Shown in pieces: positions 19,398 to 30,962 of a DNA stretch of 64,000 nt. Position numbers and translations under genes: made by a program. Origin of the DNA: a bacterium (GTDB lineage Bacteria; Hinthialibacterota; Hinthialibacteria; Hinthialibacterales; Hinthialibacteraceae); assembly GCA_963662285.2 (NCBI GenBank), contig CAXXMV010000008.1, positions 928,001 through 992,000 of the forward strand, in the 5' to 3' direction. The first letter of the stretch is position 1. Each line of letters begins with the position of its first letter. Below the pieces are notes generated by a model. That model worked only from the letters and a program-made list of their open reading frames with translations. It was not told where the DNA came from and made no database searches.

Positions 19398-20786
19398 AAA
19401 GTCGCGTGTTACTAAGGGGATTTTTTTTGTTAATGGGAAGAGCTGTTGGTAATCAGAGCCATCCCATTTGATGCTCCAGAAGGTTCCTTCTCCATAGCCC
19501 AGTAAATGCTCATCATCTATCGGCATATAAGAAATCTCACTGATAGGCTCAGGTAAAATATACTGTTTGATTTGCCGGTCTTTTTCAAAGTTTAGATTCT
19601 GTGGAAGATCATTTACATCCAATATTGAAAAAGCATGCGAAATGATGCTGCTTTTATGAAAGTTTTCCCTACCTACTCCACGTGATAGTATAAATTGATT
19701 ATCATCAAACGCCATGAAAAGTCTACACTGCTTACCATAGCCTAAGAATTTAACTGATTGATCAACGGTTTGATTATTCAATTCAACAAGGTCAATTTCG
19801 AAGATTGGAAAAGCCGGCATATCCAGATAAAAAAGACATTTATTCTGGTTAGAAAATGTAAGCGGAATAGCAGACGTGTTTTTGGGAAGAGGCTTAATAT
19901 CAGGTAATAATTTTTGATATTTAATTGAAATTGTTTGAGACAATGCAGGCTTTATAATATCCAGACTCTTTGCATTCCATTGATTGAGTAAATATCCACC
20001 GCCGGGAAGTCCGAAAGTGGGAGTTACAACGCTAATTTCATCATTCAGGTACTTTACATCTCCAAATTTACTATCCCTGATGCCATATTGATATAATCCA
20101 CTACTGAATCCAAAGCATTTTGTTAGTAATTTCGAGAAATCACGAGGCCTGTATTTATATTGATCAAAGATAAACATGATGGGAGCGTTTTTAATTTTAT
20201 TAACATTGCCTTGCAGATCAACAGTCCATACTTCTTTTTTGGGATTAATGCCATAATTTAATAATCCATGAGGAATAAACCATAGTTTTTTAAAAATATG
20301 CGGTACAACGCGTTCCTGGCGCGTAAAAACAAATACCGGCTTATCGCCGCTAAGCAAGACGCCTTTATCCTCAAGCATTTTTGAACTTTGCGCGGCATCC
20401 ATAGAACGATATGTATTGATCCACCTGATGGATGCGACGCGTTTTGCTTTCTTAATGTCGATCAAGCAATTTAAGTGACCTTGCGTCTTCAGGTGTTGTT
20501 CATTTCTTATAGGAAGAAAATCGCAAAAAACATAAGGAGTATTAGTGATAGGATAAAAAGAAGTCAGATAATGTGATCCTTCATCAGAACGACTTGAATC
20601 GATCAATAAATCTCCAAAATCATCCAATTGCTCTACAGAGACGCTATCGAACGTTAAGGGAGACAGGGTGCTTAAATACATGCGCATAAGACCCAATACC
20701 ATCAGTATTACAGATAGTATTGTGCATGCTTTAGCAATTTTTCTTCTTCTTGGAGATATTTCCTGCTTCATAGGCGTGGAGACCAT
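19344..20786 (-). CDS. Hypothetical membrane-anchored protein
   Basis: 480-aa AT-rich ORF, N-terminal TM, GGAGG RBS; last ~18 codons lie inside the REP-B element. Confidence 0.7.
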   Translation of the reverse strand: MVSTPMKQEISPRRRKIAKACTILSVILMVLGLMRMYLSTLSPLTFDSVSVEQLDDFGDLLIDSSRSDEGSHYLTSFYPITNTPYVFCDFLPIRNEQHLKTQGHLNCLIDIKKAKRVASIRWINTYRSMDAAQSSKMLEDKGVLLSGDKPVFVFTRQERVVPHIFKKLWFIPHGLLNYGINPKKEVWTVDLQGNVNKIKNAPIMFIFDQYKYRPRDFSKLLTKCFGFSSGLYQYGIRDSKFGDVKYLNDEISVVTPTFGLPGGGYLLNQWNAKSLDIIKPALSQTISIKYQKLLPDIKPLPKNTSAIPLTFSNQNKCLFYLDMPAFPIFEIDLVELNNQTVDQSVKFLGYGKQCRLFMAFDDNQFILSRGVGRENFHKSSIISHAFSILDVNDLPQNLNFEKDRQIKQYILPEPISEISYMPIDDEHLLGYGEGTFWSIKWDGSDYQQLFPLTKKIPLVTRDFPKPPLPAGYSPYTNQKR

Positions 20787-20803
20787 GTTGGAGGATTAGT
20801 AGG

Positions 20804-21328
20804 TTACTTGGAATTTTCCTTGCGTAATTTACGCGCTTCATCCAGAGTGGCCTTGAAGCGGTTGGCTACTTTTTGGCGGGTGGTATGTTCAATATGAGCA
20901 ATCTCGTCGGCGAGGGCTTGTATGGCGCCCTGGTATATTTCATTTTCGGCTTTAGGAATATCTACAATTTTGACTTTATAAAAAAGAGTTTTTATCAATT
21001 CGGCCAGAACTTCCGGATCGCGCTGCTTAACCTGCTCTTTGGCATCTTCCAGTTTTAAGGGGTAATGTTCCGGAGACTCGCGCTCGTCTTTAGGTATATG
21101 GATGGGCTGGCTGAGCAACTCAAAGATTTTCTCAGTCCCCTCTTCATCCAAAAGTTCGCGCAATCCTCCCGCATGGGCGTAGGAAAATGGAACCATAACT
21201 TTCACGTCGCCGGATTGTAGAACATAGAAAGTCTGATCTTTACCCTCGACCTGCATTTTCCGTACGGCCTTGATTTTACAGATGCCAAGGCCGGGTTTTA
21301 TTACCGTGTCGCCAACATTAAAACTCAT
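20804..21328 (-). CDS. CarD/TRCF-RID family transcriptional regulator
   Basis: MSFNVGDTVIKPGLGICKI..KVMVP..GLREL matches the CarD N-terminal domain. Confidence 0.82.
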   Translation of the reverse strand: MSFNVGDTVIKPGLGICKIKAVRKMQVEGKDQTFYVLQSGDVKVMVPFSYAHAGGLRELLDEEGTEKIFELLSQPIHIPKDERESPEHYPLKLEDAKEQVKQRDPEVLAELIKTLFYKVKIVDIPKAENEIYQGAIQALADEIAHIEHTTRQKVANRFKATLDEARKLRKENSK

Positions 21329-21445
21329 AAGCGTTCGCCTGTACATATATTTAGGATTTGGAAAGAATCGTCCTCAACCATTTTTAAACCAGATACAAAA
21401 ATCATCAAAAGATGAACGCCTAAAACAAGACTTATTAATCGAAAA

Positions 21446-22702
21446 TTAAGCGGTTTCAACCTGATCTTCAAAAACCAGAAGTGGATCAGACATTTCGGTG
21501 ATAACTTCTTTAGTGACAATGCATTTTGATACGCCGGACATGGATGGAATTTCATACATAACATCCATCATCGATTTTTCCAGAATGGCGCGCAATCCAC
21601 GGGCGCCGGTTTTTCTTTCAACGGTTTTTTCGGCGATGGCATCAAGTGCATCCGGAGAAAATTCCAATTCAACGCCTTCCAGTTCAAACAATTTCTGGTA
21701 TTGCTTGCATACAGCGTTTTTGGGTACGGTAAGAATGGTCTTTAGCGCTTCTTTGTTCAATTCGTCGAGAGCGGTCAGACAAGAGAACCGGCCAACAAAT
21801 TCGGGGATCAAACCGAATTTAATAAGGTCTTCCGGCTCGACGCGGTTTAAGACTTTATCTTCATCAATAGCGACAGGGCCTTCTTCATCGGTAGTGAATC
21901 CAATAACCCGTTTACCGATGCGCCGTTCAATAAGTTTATCCAATCCGACAAAAGCGCCGCCGCAGATGAAAAGGATATCGGTGGTATTAACCTGGATAAA
22001 TTCCTGATGAGGATGCTTTCGACCGCCTTGCGGAGGAACATTGCAAACCGTGCCTTCAACAATCTTGAGCAGGGCTTGTTGAACGCCTTCACCGGAGACG
22101 TCACGCGTAATGGAGACGTTCTGGGTGGTGCGGGCGATTTTATCAATTTCGTCGATATAGATGATGCCGCGTTCAGCTTTCTCAACATGATAGCTGGTGG
22201 CCATCAATAGTTTGAGAATAATATTTTCAACATCCTCGCCAACATAGCCCGCTTCGGTCAACGTGGTAGCGTCAACAATAGTGAAGGGCACATTGAGAAT
22301 GCGGGCCATGGTCTGGGCGATATAGGTCTTGCCCGAACCGGTTGGTCCCATCATTAGAATATTGCTTTTTTGCAGTTCGACATCGTTGTTGATTGTTTCG
22401 TGATAGCGCACCCGTTTCAGATGGTTGTGTACTGCCACAGAAACGGTTTTCTTGGTATATTCCTGACCGATGATGTATTGATCCAGGGCTTCTTTAATCT
22501 CTTTTGGTTTAAGGAATTCGCGCAGTTCGACTTCGATCTCTTCTTCCAAAACGCTGTTGCACAAACGAACGCACTCATCGCAGATATACGCTGGCTGCGA
22601 TGTATGTTTTTGCGGGGGACCAGCGATCAATTTCTTGACTTCGTCCTGGTGCTTCCCGCAAAACGAACAATAAAGCGGCTTATTCTTCACTCCATAATCC
22701 AT
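21446..22702 (-). CDS. clpX: ATP-dependent Clp protease ATP-binding subunit ClpX
   Basis: CSFCGK..ICDECV zinc finger, [25 protein letters not shown] loop. Confidence 0.97.
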   Translation of the reverse strand: MDYGVKNKPLYCSFCGKHQDEVKKLIAGPPQKHTSQPAYICDECVRLCNSVLEEEIEVELREFLKPKEIKEALDQYIIGQEYTKKTVSVAVHNHLKRVRYHETINNDVELQKSNILMMGPTGSGKTYIAQTMARILNVPFTIVDATTLTEAGYVGEDVENIILKLLMATSYHVEKAERGIIYIDEIDKIARTTQNVSITRDVSGEGVQQALLKIVEGTVCNVPPQGGRKHPHQEFIQVNTTDILFICGGAFVGLDKLIERRIGKRVIGFTTDEEGPVAIDEDKVLNRVEPEDLIKFGLIPEFVGRFSCLTALDELNKEALKTILTVPKNAVCKQYQKLFELEGVELEFSPDALDAIAEKTVERKTGARGLRAILEKSMMDVMYEIPSMSGVSKCIVTKEVITEMSDPLLVFEDQVETA

Positions 22703-22809
22703 AAAAAGCCCCTGTCTACTTCATTTAATCAAGATAATTCCAAAAAACGCAACGATCAATTAAATAATTGATCGTTAATATAAATATAATTGTAAACCTA
22801 AAAAAAATT

Positions 22810-23430
22810 CTAGGAATCTTTTTTTTCTGCTTCGCTTTTATCGTATGCCTGTCTCGGTTCAAAGACGCTGTCGATTAATCCATATTTCATGGCTTCATCC
22901 GGTGACATAAAGAAATCACGGTCAGAATCTTTTTCGATCTGTTCGATGGTTTTCCCGGAATGATAAGAAATGATGCCGTTCAAGCGTTTCTTGAGTTGCA
23001 TTATTTCCCGTGCGCGGATTTCAATATCAGAGGCCTGACCCTGGAAGCCGCCCATAGGTTGATGAATCATGATACGGGCATTGGGTAAAGCATGCCGTTT
23101 CCCGGCGCATCCTGCGGTAAGCAGGACAGCGGCCATACTGGCAGCTAATCCCATGCAGGTTGTGGCGACATCGGGTTTAACGTATAGCATGGTATCGTAA
23201 ATCGCCATTCCGGCGGAAACCGAACCGCCGGGGCTATTGATGTAGAGTTGAATATCTTTATCAGGATCTTCAGCTTGTAAAAAGAGCAGCTGGGCGATAA
23301 TCAAATTCGCCATATGATCCTCAATCGGATCACCAATAAAAATGATTCTATCTTTGAGTAGACGCGAGTAGATATCGTAGGCGCGTTCGCCCCGACTGGT
23401 CTGCTCAACAACCATAGGAATCATAACCAC
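22810..23430 (-). CDS. clpP: ATP-dependent Clp protease proteolytic subunit ClpP
   Basis: [31 protein letters not shown]. Confidence 0.97.
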   Translation of the reverse strand: MVMIPMVVEQTSRGERAYDIYSRLLKDRIIFIGDPIEDHMANLIIAQLLFLQAEDPDKDIQLYINSPGGSVSAGMAIYDTMLYVKPDVATTCMGLAASMAAVLLTAGCAGKRHALPNARIMIHQPMGGFQGQASDIEIRAREIMQLKKRLNGIISYHSGKTIEQIEKDSDRDFFMSPDEAMKYGLIDSVFEPRQAYDKSEAEKKDS

Positions 23431-23433
23431 AGT

Positions 23434-24774
23434 TTATTCCTCCGTTTTATCTTCGCTGCTAGAGTCGTCTTCAGTTTCAGGAGTTGCGCTTTCCATTGAA
23501 AGTTCTGACATATCCTGGAGGTAATCGAGCACTTTTTCTTCCAAGGCTTCACGACGATAGTAAGATTCGATCCCTTGCGATTCAATGCGTTTAGCATATT
23601 GCGCGGCATCATGTCCAGATTGCTTAGCTAACTCAGCGATATAGGCGTTGTAGTCATTGTCGTCGACTTCGATGCCTTCTTTTTCGGCGATCTGGTTGAG
23701 AATCAGCGACACGCGTACTTCGCGATCAGCCGTCTCTTCATTACGGGAGAGAATACTTGCATCTTTAGCGGCTTCAGCGTCAAGCGTAGTGCCGGAACGA
23801 CGCAGTTCCATATCATGCAAAGCGTTGATGTAATTATAACGGGCTTTAACCATACTTTGAGGAACATCGAAAGTATTCCGTTTGAGAAGTTCTTCACGGA
23901 TGCCGTTGCGAAGTTCCTGCTTACGGCGCTCTTCCAAGCTACGGCCCAAGTCTTCGCGGATGCGTTCTTTCAAATCGTCGAGAGAATCGAAATTGCCCAT
24001 ATCTTTGGCAAATTCATCATCAAGATCGGGTAAAGCTTTTTCGCGAATCTGTTTTAATTCGAGATTAAACAAAGCTTCTTTGCCGCGATTCTCTGCGGTG
24101 GGATAATCATCAGGAAGAGTGATCTTAACTTCTTTGGAATCACCAACGCTTAATCCAATAAGCGCATCTTCCAGACCTGGTAGATATCGTTTTGATCCGA
24201 TCTCAATTACGATCTCATCATGGGTAGCTTCGGCAAAAGGTTCACCATCGATAGAAGCAGTGCTTTTAACCATTGCGAAATCTTTTTCAGCCGCTGGCCG
24301 ATCATCAATAGTTTTAAACATGGCCTGGTTTTCGCGCAGATGGGTTAAAGTATCAACTACCTCTTTTTCGGTTACTTCATTGGGAGGCAGTTCAGGCTGA
24401 ATACCTTTATATTCAGCAAGGTCAATCTCAGGCTGATATTCGAATTTGGCTTCGAAGATGATTGGCTCATCTTTGTTATCCTCATCAATATCGGAGAATT
24501 CAGGAGAAGATACCGGCTTGAGGTTTAACTCTTCCATCGCTTTCTTAAAAGCGTTTTCAACAGTTTTACTTCTTGCTTCATCTTCAAGATGTTTACCGAA
24601 TTTCATCTTAACAATATGGCGAGGGGCTTTACCCTTGCGGAAGCCAGGCACCACGGCATGTTCCACAAATTCTTTATAAACCCCGTCGAGTTCCGTGGAA
24701 ATATCCTCGCACGGGACCTCGATCTTCACAGTTTTGGTACATGTACCGGTGTCTTGTTGCTCCAGTATCTTCAA
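23434..24774 (-). CDS. tig: Trigger factor
   Basis: VPGFRKGKAP ribosome-binding motif, FKBP-like middle domain, LPDLDDEFAK; tig-clpP-clpX synteny. Confidence 0.95.
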   Translation of the reverse strand: MKILEQQDTGTCTKTVKIEVPCEDISTELDGVYKEFVEHAVVPGFRKGKAPRHIVKMKFGKHLEDEARSKTVENAFKKAMEELNLKPVSSPEFSDIDEDNKDEPIIFEAKFEYQPEIDLAEYKGIQPELPPNEVTEKEVVDTLTHLRENQAMFKTIDDRPAAEKDFAMVKSTASIDGEPFAEATHDEIVIEIGSKRYLPGLEDALIGLSVGDSKEVKITLPDDYPTAENRGKEALFNLELKQIREKALPDLDDEFAKDMGNFDSLDDLKERIREDLGRSLEERRKQELRNGIREELLKRNTFDVPQSMVKARYNYINALHDMELRRSGTTLDAEAAKDASILSRNEETADREVRVSLILNQIAEKEGIEVDDNDYNAYIAELAKQSGHDAAQYAKRIESQGIESYYRREALEEKVLDYLQDMSELSMESATPETEDDSSSEDKTEE

Positions 24775-24975
24775 GGTCGTCGATGCTCCTTATTTAAATC
24801 ATTAAGCGTAGTGATTAAAGATGGTTCGGGCATGTTATAAAGCCAAAACCATAGCGCTTTTCATTACCTTCAAATATATGAAGGATCAAGCTATTAAGCC
24901 TAACTTCTTGCAGGTCAACTGTCAAGAACTAGGCAATAAAGAACAAATGCTTAAAAAGATTAATATTGGAAAATA

Positions 24976-26148
24976 TCAAGAATGATTTGGATTATTTTGA
25001 GCGGCGGATTCATACGATTTAATTAAAGTATCGGCGCCCCTATCCCAGGTAAAATGCTCCAAGGCGCGATGGCGCGCTCTCTCACCATCAGAAATTCGTC
25101 TATCCGGATTTGCGGCGTATTGCAGAATTCCTTGGGCGATAGCGTCAGAATCTCCCGGATCGACCAAGATGCCGCAGTCTTGGATCATCCAGGGAACCTC
25201 GCCCACCCGGCTGGCGACGACCGGCTTGCCGGAAGCAAGATATTCAGCGATTTTAAGTGGACTTTTAGCGCGACTGGCTGCGCTATCTTCAAAACTGGCG
25301 ATACAGATGTCGGCTGCGCCAACCAGTTCAGGAATAACATCGGCGTTGACATATCCCGTCATATAAATGGAATCTCTCACCGTTGATTGTTCAACTATTT
25401 TACGTAAATTATCTTCCTGCTCTCCACCACCGGCAATCAGAAACTGGATATCGTGATGCTGCGCGATGACATGGGGCGCTGCATCAACCAACAAGTTGGC
25501 GTGCGCCGCTCCTTCCAATTGCCCGATATACAAGACAGTAAGTTTATCTGGATCGAGATTCCATTGTTTTAGAATGTCTTTGGATCGATTATCAGGGGTG
25601 AAACGATTTATATCCGCTCCTACCGGAAGATGCCATAGCCGCTCTTCGGGAAAACCGAGTTTGAGCGCCCGGTCGCGGATAGCCTTGCTGGCATAGGTCA
25701 GGGTTGAAGCGAAATTTGGAAGCATCCGTTCGTAAATCGATAACTGCCAACGCGAAAAGATGCGCTTCTCGACGATGCGGCTGATGGCGGTCTCGTCGTC
25801 ATCCCAATCGTAATGCAACGGTTTCCCTGTTAGACGGGAAATCCATAACAAGGGCAGCGCTGTGGCCGCAAAACATTTCTGCAAATGTATAACATCGCAA
25901 TCCACTGCTAATCGCTTCATTAAACGATAGTTATGTATCACATGCTGCTGACGGGGTTTAAGGTCATGACATGCTGGATCATTGTCGCAGAGTTCCCTCA
26001 AAGGAGCGTGAGCCGGAGCATCGCGACGCGGAAGATGAACCAATTGCACTGAATGTCCACGATCTTGCAGGCATCGAGCTAAAGCCAGTATACGGATGGT
26101 CCAGGGATCATACCGGATGTCGTGGGGATGGACCATTAGGATATTCAA
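24976..26148 (-). CDS. Glycosyltransferase family 4
   Basis: GT-B motifs SPLKIAEYLASGKPVVASRVG, GILVDPGD and FTWD. Confidence 0.88.
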   Translation of the reverse strand: MNILMVHPHDIRYDPWTIRILALARCLQDRGHSVQLVHLPRRDAPAHAPLRELCDNDPACHDLKPRQQHVIHNYRLMKRLAVDCDVIHLQKCFAATALPLLWISRLTGKPLHYDWDDDETAISRIVEKRIFSRWQLSIYERMLPNFASTLTYASKAIRDRALKLGFPEERLWHLPVGADINRFTPDNRSKDILKQWNLDPDKLTVLYIGQLEGAAHANLLVDAAPHVIAQHHDIQFLIAGGGEQEDNLRKIVEQSTVRDSIYMTGYVNADVIPELVGAADICIASFEDSAASRAKSPLKIAEYLASGKPVVASRVGEVPWMIQDCGILVDPGDSDAIAQGILQYAANPDRRISDGERARHRALEHFTWDRGADTLIKSYESAAQNNPNHS

Positions 26149-26185
26149 GAAGGTAGCCTTTCAACTTATGCGAGGGTGGTCGCTA

Positions 26186-26227
26186 TCAACCCTCTCCTAA
26201 CCTCTCCCAGTCTTGGGAGAGGAATGT
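26186..26227 (+). repeat. REP-D copy, near-identical to 54478-54519
   Basis: TCAACCCTCTCCTA(A/G)CCTCTCCCA(G/A)TCTTGGGAGAGGAATGT; two mismatches in 42 nt. Confidence 0.85.
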
Positions 26228-26420
26228 TTATCTACAGTATTATGTATAACTAAGTCTAAACAATATAACTAGTTAAATCTCCAAAATCCCTCTCCCCCAA
26301 GTTTGGGAGAGAATTCAAGAGGGGGTTATTTTCTATAACCAAGTTTCTGGTTACACCGCTTCACCAACCCTATTCCAAATGGAACTTAGTTACTCGACAT
26401 TAATTTTTATATCGCTGTTA

Positions 26421-27230
26421 TTACTCGATGCGAATGAACACTGGCGCATCGAAACCTAGGCCGGTTATGTGTGAAGCGCTGCCGCCGTTGATAGCAATTT
26501 CCAGGCGGTCGTAACCATCAAAAACGGCAAGCATATCACCCGGTTTTTTAGTTCCGTAGGCTTGCGTAATGCCCTCAATGCAATAGTCATGAGACTGAAC
26601 AATGATCTTATCCTGGTTGATTTTGTTATCTTTAAGCCATTGTAGGAATGTTGGTTGATCCAGGTTGGTTATCAAATTACCAAAGCGGTCTATATGACAG
26701 ACGCGGCATTCAATGTAATTGCCTTCAACGATGGGCAGTTTAAAACTCATTTTGACAGGATCGCTAATTTCCTCACCCATTTCGTCGATGGCGACGCCAT
26801 TGGCAATATGGGCTGCCAGGGGTGCGAAAATATCCCGTCCGTGAAATGTATGGCTGATTTTATCCATCCAATAGCGCTGGTTAACAGCATGGATTATGCG
26901 AACCGGTTCCTGTCTTTCGAAGATTGGAGTTAATAATCCATTATCGGGCGCCACGAATATATGACCGCAAGTTTCGACGATCAGGATGCGCCGGTCAGTT
27001 CCAACGCCGGGATCGACCAGACAAAGATGAACCGATCCCACGGGGAAATAGCCAAAAGACCATTCGTTGAGAAAGGCTGCGGATCTTAGGGAGAAGGGCG
27101 GAATATCGTGAGTAACATCGATCATGCGACAGGAAGGCGCGATCTGAAGAATCACTCCCTTCATGACTCCTACGAAGCCGTCTACAACTCCAAAGTCCGT
27201 CATCAGAGTAATAACCGTTTGATTATTCAT
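26421..27230 (-). CDS. SAM hydroxide adenosyltransferase / DUF62 (chlorinase-fluorinase-like family)
   Basis: ITLMTDFG, VDPGVGTDRR, APDNGLL, TFHGRDIFAP, DRFGNLITN; likely start MNNQTV at 27230. Confidence 0.9.
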   Translation of the reverse strand: MNNQTVITLMTDFGVVDGFVGVMKGVILQIAPSCRMIDVTHDIPPFSLRSAAFLNEWSFGYFPVGSVHLCLVDPGVGTDRRILIVETCGHIFVAPDNGLLTPIFERQEPVRIIHAVNQRYWMDKISHTFHGRDIFAPLAAHIANGVAIDEMGEEISDPVKMSFKLPIVEGNYIECRVCHIDRFGNLITNLDQPTFLQWLKDNKINQDKIIVQSHDYCIEGITQAYGTKKPGDMLAVFDGYDRLEIAINGGSASHITGLGFDAPVFIRIE

Positions 27231-27258
27231 GGCCGTTCCTTTCAAGAAATCCAAGAAT

Positions 27259-28476
27259 TCATGATTCATGATTTGATTCACGGTGGGAAGATTCGTGTTC
27301 TATAAGACGAAGGCTTTCTGCTGCAACAGGCAGTTTAATAGCGATCCGGGTGCCTTTGCCCGGCTGACTTTTAGCGGAAATGGTTCCCTCGTGTTCACGG
27401 ATTATCTGTTCAACGATCATTAGCCCCAGTCCCGTACCTTTGGCCTTGGTAGTGAAATATGGTTCGAAGATATGGGATAGATCATCTTCATCTATGCCTT
27501 TACCCGTATCAGAGAATATCAGATTCACATAATCATGTTCACATGCCATAGTGATTAAAATCCGGTCATGAATATCTGATCTTTCTTCATCGGTTTTATT
27601 GGCAATAGCGTCAATGGCATTATGAAGGATATTGATGATCGCCTGCTTAATCTGACCTTCGTCAGCTTCGATAAAAGGCCAATCGCCCTTTTCGTGTAAT
27701 GAAAGTTCTATATTGTTTTCGAGGAATTCAGGTTCCATTAAGGTTATCGAGTCGGTCACCAAAGGATACAGACGAACCAGGCGTTTTTGAGGACGCATGG
27801 GTTTAACCGCAGAAAGAAACGTTTCGATAACCCCATTGAGACGTTTTATTTCAGTGGAGAGGATATCAACCGTTTCGTTGGTTTCATCATCTTCGATGCC
27901 TTGCTTCTTTAATCCACGCTTCAAGAGTTGCAGATGAATGGAAAGCGAATTGAGTGGATTGCGGATTTCGTGTGACATCCCTGCGCTGAGCGTAGTCAGC
28001 GCGGCCAGTTTTTCCGCTTCGCGCAATTTCTTTTCCTGTTCGATCTGTTCGGTCATATCCATGAAAAGAAAAAGTGAGCCTATGCGCTGATGGCGGTTTT
28101 CCAGGGGAACCATATTTACAGAGAGAAACCGTTCCCCGGTTGATAGTTCCAAATGGAATTTGCGCATAAGGATAGGTTCAATACTTTGCATGCATTCCCG
28201 ACACAGATCCAACAGCACCGCAGAATCAATCAGCCGGTCCAAGGGTAAATCAGGAACGGTCGAACCGTCGCCCAGATCAAGAATATTACGTGCGGATTGG
28301 TTGATGTAAACCACATTCTCTTCCGCATCGATTACGATCATCCCCTCGATCATGCTTTCGAAGATCAAAACCAGTTGATCGCGCTCCTGGGCGATTTCGC
28401 GCATAAAATCGACGATCTGTTCTTTATCGATCTTCTCCGCACGATCCAATATGCGTTTCAGAAAACCATGCTTCAT
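27259..28476 (-). CDS. PAS-domain sensor histidine kinase
   Basis: H-box SHEIRNPLNS, N-box NAIDA, DTGKGI, FEPYFTTK, GTGLGL. Confidence 0.92.
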   Translation of the reverse strand: MKHGFLKRILDRAEKIDKEQIVDFMREIAQERDQLVLIFESMIEGMIVIDAEENVVYINQSARNILDLGDGSTVPDLPLDRLIDSAVLLDLCRECMQSIEPILMRKFHLELSTGERFLSVNMVPLENRHQRIGSLFLFMDMTEQIEQEKKLREAEKLAALTTLSAGMSHEIRNPLNSLSIHLQLLKRGLKKQGIEDDETNETVDILSTEIKRLNGVIETFLSAVKPMRPQKRLVRLYPLVTDSITLMEPEFLENNIELSLHEKGDWPFIEADEGQIKQAIINILHNAIDAIANKTDEERSDIHDRILITMACEHDYVNLIFSDTGKGIDEDDLSHIFEPYFTTKAKGTGLGLMIVEQIIREHEGTISAKSQPGKGTRIAIKLPVAAESLRLIEHESSHRESNHES

Positions 28477-28622
28477 GATGAGACGAACCTTTCTATATAA
28501 AGCATAGATTGATAAAAGGAAGATGGAATGTCAATAAGCTATTGATATTTTATTGCAGATAAAATGCGCTGGAGATTCTCTTAATATTGAACTATGCGAA
28601 AAAGGATGAACGAATCTTGATC

Positions 28623-29786
28623 CTAATATGAATCAACATATCGTCCCAACTGTTCAATACGCTTTGAGAAAGTGTGGTTATCAGCCACCAACTGGGACGC
28701 ATGATCCGCCATATCCCTGCGCTCAGCGTCATGTTCAAGGTAGTACCGCACTCCTTGCTGCATGTCAGAGGGTTGGTCATATTCCGGCGGGAAAGGAAAC
28801 TGATCCATCTTATAAAGGTTCAAGGGATCATATTCATTCCAATCGACATCTGTACGATACCTTCTGGTAGACAGTTGAAATCCCCCCAGGCGCATGACCA
28901 GAAAATCACGGAACGAAGGCGCCACAAAACCTTGCAGGCTACGCAAGTTTATATTTATTTTGGTTGAAACGATTTGATCTGGATACTGAGTGAATGGATC
29001 GAGCCGCCCCTTAAAACATTGCTCCAACGGATTGCCGCGAATTTCTGACGCCCACAGGCGGTTGCCGTAGAATTTTAAACCTTCTGCAGCCAAGGCTTCT
29101 AAAAAGCGAAGCCGGTATAAACGGTTTGCTTCGGTATATAAGTAATAATGCATTTGTTGATAATATTTGACTCTTGAACCATCCGCCATCGGGTATTTAT
29201 TTAACAAGAACTCAAATTCCAAGTCAGGATTTTTAACTTTGAGATCGACAATTTTATACAGATAAGATTGAACCGACAGGGGAATCTTCTGCCGCGCCTC
29301 TCTATGGATATAAATAGAACCCACATAGGAAACGTTTGATGAATATTCATCCTGAGAATTACCACACACGCTATCAGGAGCGGCTACCGGCCAGAATATA
29401 ATTTTTTGAGCGCCTCGCTGGATTACGATTTCTCTGAAATATGGATTGGAGATTAAGACAATCTCATCTTTGCTGAATAATGAATTCCCCATAAGAAATG
29501 GATCATCAAACACAAGAGTAAAAAAATGGCAGGGTAATTCTTTCAGTTTAAGTTGATCAAGAAAAACGGAAGAAGGATGGTTGGCCAGGAAAATGGCATC
29601 CGGTTTGAATTCATTAATATCATCAATGATTTTCTTAACAGTCTGTGGGTCTTTTATGTCTAACAGAAATTCTCGAACTTCTTTGCCATTTATCCGCAGC
29701 CCGGCAACTACCGCTTTCATAGCCAGACGGGCGCCCATCGAACTGATATCATCCATCACCCAAATTTTCTTAATAGAATTCCACAT
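28623..29786 (-). CDS. CgeB-like glycosyltransferase (GT-B fold)
   Basis: VSYVGS, STKININL, RDF..GGF, HTFSKRIEQL C-terminus typical of CgeB/Glyco_trans_1_2. Confidence 0.72.
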   Translation of the reverse strand: MWNSIKKIWVMDDISSMGARLAMKAVVAGLRINGKEVREFLLDIKDPQTVKKIIDDINEFKPDAIFLANHPSSVFLDQLKLKELPCHFFTLVFDDPFLMGNSLFSKDEIVLISNPYFREIVIQRGAQKIIFWPVAAPDSVCGNSQDEYSSNVSYVGSIYIHREARQKIPLSVQSYLYKIVDLKVKNPDLEFEFLLNKYPMADGSRVKYYQQMHYYLYTEANRLYRLRFLEALAAEGLKFYGNRLWASEIRGNPLEQCFKGRLDPFTQYPDQIVSTKININLRSLQGFVAPSFRDFLVMRLGGFQLSTRRYRTDVDWNEYDPLNLYKMDQFPFPPEYDQPSDMQQGVRYYLEHDAERRDMADHASQLVADNHTFSKRIEQLGRYVDSY

Positions 29787-29965
29787 TATTATAATCGATT
29801 CATTTGAGATTCAGGTCATGCAACATTACCTGATCAACGATAAGGCTTATCGAACAATAATATAACGAACACTCCTACAAATTTACATCCGGCGCAGGCT
29901 ACCATCAACCGCCCTATTCGAGTAATCTTTAGCGTATCCAATGCCTATTAAGGAATATCATTACT

Positions 29966-30928
29966 ATGTCAGAACAACTGAATGCCGTTGTATTTGGAGT
30001 TGGCGCTTTAGGACAGCATCACGCCAGAGTATACGCCAATCATGAGAAGACCCGCTTGGCGGCGGTTGTCGACTTAGATGAAAAATCGCGCACCGAGCAC
30101 GCTGATAAATGGGGCTGCCTCAGCGCCGCCTCTTTAGATGATATAAGCGAACGCATTGATCTGGCCAGCGTTGTGACGCCCACTGTCTCGCATTTCAAAA
30201 TCGCCGCTCAGTTAATCGAACGGGGCATCCCGGTGTTGATTGAGAAACCAATTACCCTGACTGTCGCTCAGGGTGAAGAGTTGATAAAATTAGCTGAAGA
30301 AAAAAATACCGCAATCCAGGTGGGTCATATAGAACGCTTTAATCCAGCGGTTTTGGCTTTAGGCGATTATCTGGATAAACCATTGTTTATTGAATCGCAC
30401 CGCTTAGGCCCCCCCACTCCCAGAGTGACAGACGTGGGAGTCATCCTGGACTTAATGATTCACGATCTTGATCTGATCCTGTCACTGGTTAAGAGCGATA
30501 TTAAATTCATAGACGCCGTCGGCGTGCCAATTCTGACGCCGCAAGAAGACATCGCCAACGCCCGGATCCGCTTCAACAGCGGCTGCGTAGCCAATGTAAC
30601 CGTCAGCCGCGTTACTCCTGAACGTCAGAGGAAAATACGCTTTTTCCAACGGGATACTTACATATCCATCGATTTCATGAAACCGGAAATTCAGATATAC
30701 CGAAAAGTGCAAGATGGCGGCGGCCCGATCAAGATTGAACATGAGACGCCGACTCTATCCAATAAAGAGCCATTGGTTTCAGAGATTGATGCATTTATTA
30801 ACAGCGTACAAACCGGATCAACGCCAGTTGTAACTGGCAGGGATGGAGTCCGGGCGCTTGATCTGGCCAGGGAAATCACCGACCAGGTGGATCTGGTATC
30901 CGATAAAGTATTCAATGGCGATATTTAA
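29966..30928 (+). CDS. Gfo/Idh/MocA oxidoreductase, GnnA-like (UDP-GlcNAc 3-dehydrogenase-like)
   Basis: GVGALGQHHAR, LIEKPI, VGHIERFNPA, DLMIHDLD, DIANARIRF. Confidence 0.82.
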   Translation: MSEQLNAVVFGVGALGQHHARVYANHEKTRLAAVVDLDEKSRTEHADKWGCLSAASLDDISERIDLASVVTPTVSHFKIAAQLIERGIPVLIEKPITLTVAQGEELIKLAEEKNTAIQVGHIERFNPAVLALGDYLDKPLFIESHRLGPPTPRVTDVGVILDLMIHDLDLILSLVKSDIKFIDAVGVPILTPQEDIANARIRFNSGCVANVTVSRVTPERQRKIRFFQRDTYISIDFMKPEIQIYRKVQDGGGPIKIEHETPTLSNKEPLVSEIDAFINSVQTGSTPVVTGRDGVRALDLAREITDQVDLVSDKVFNGDI

Positions 30929-30962
30929 GTAAATTTCTAATATTGCAAATCAAAACTTCAAG

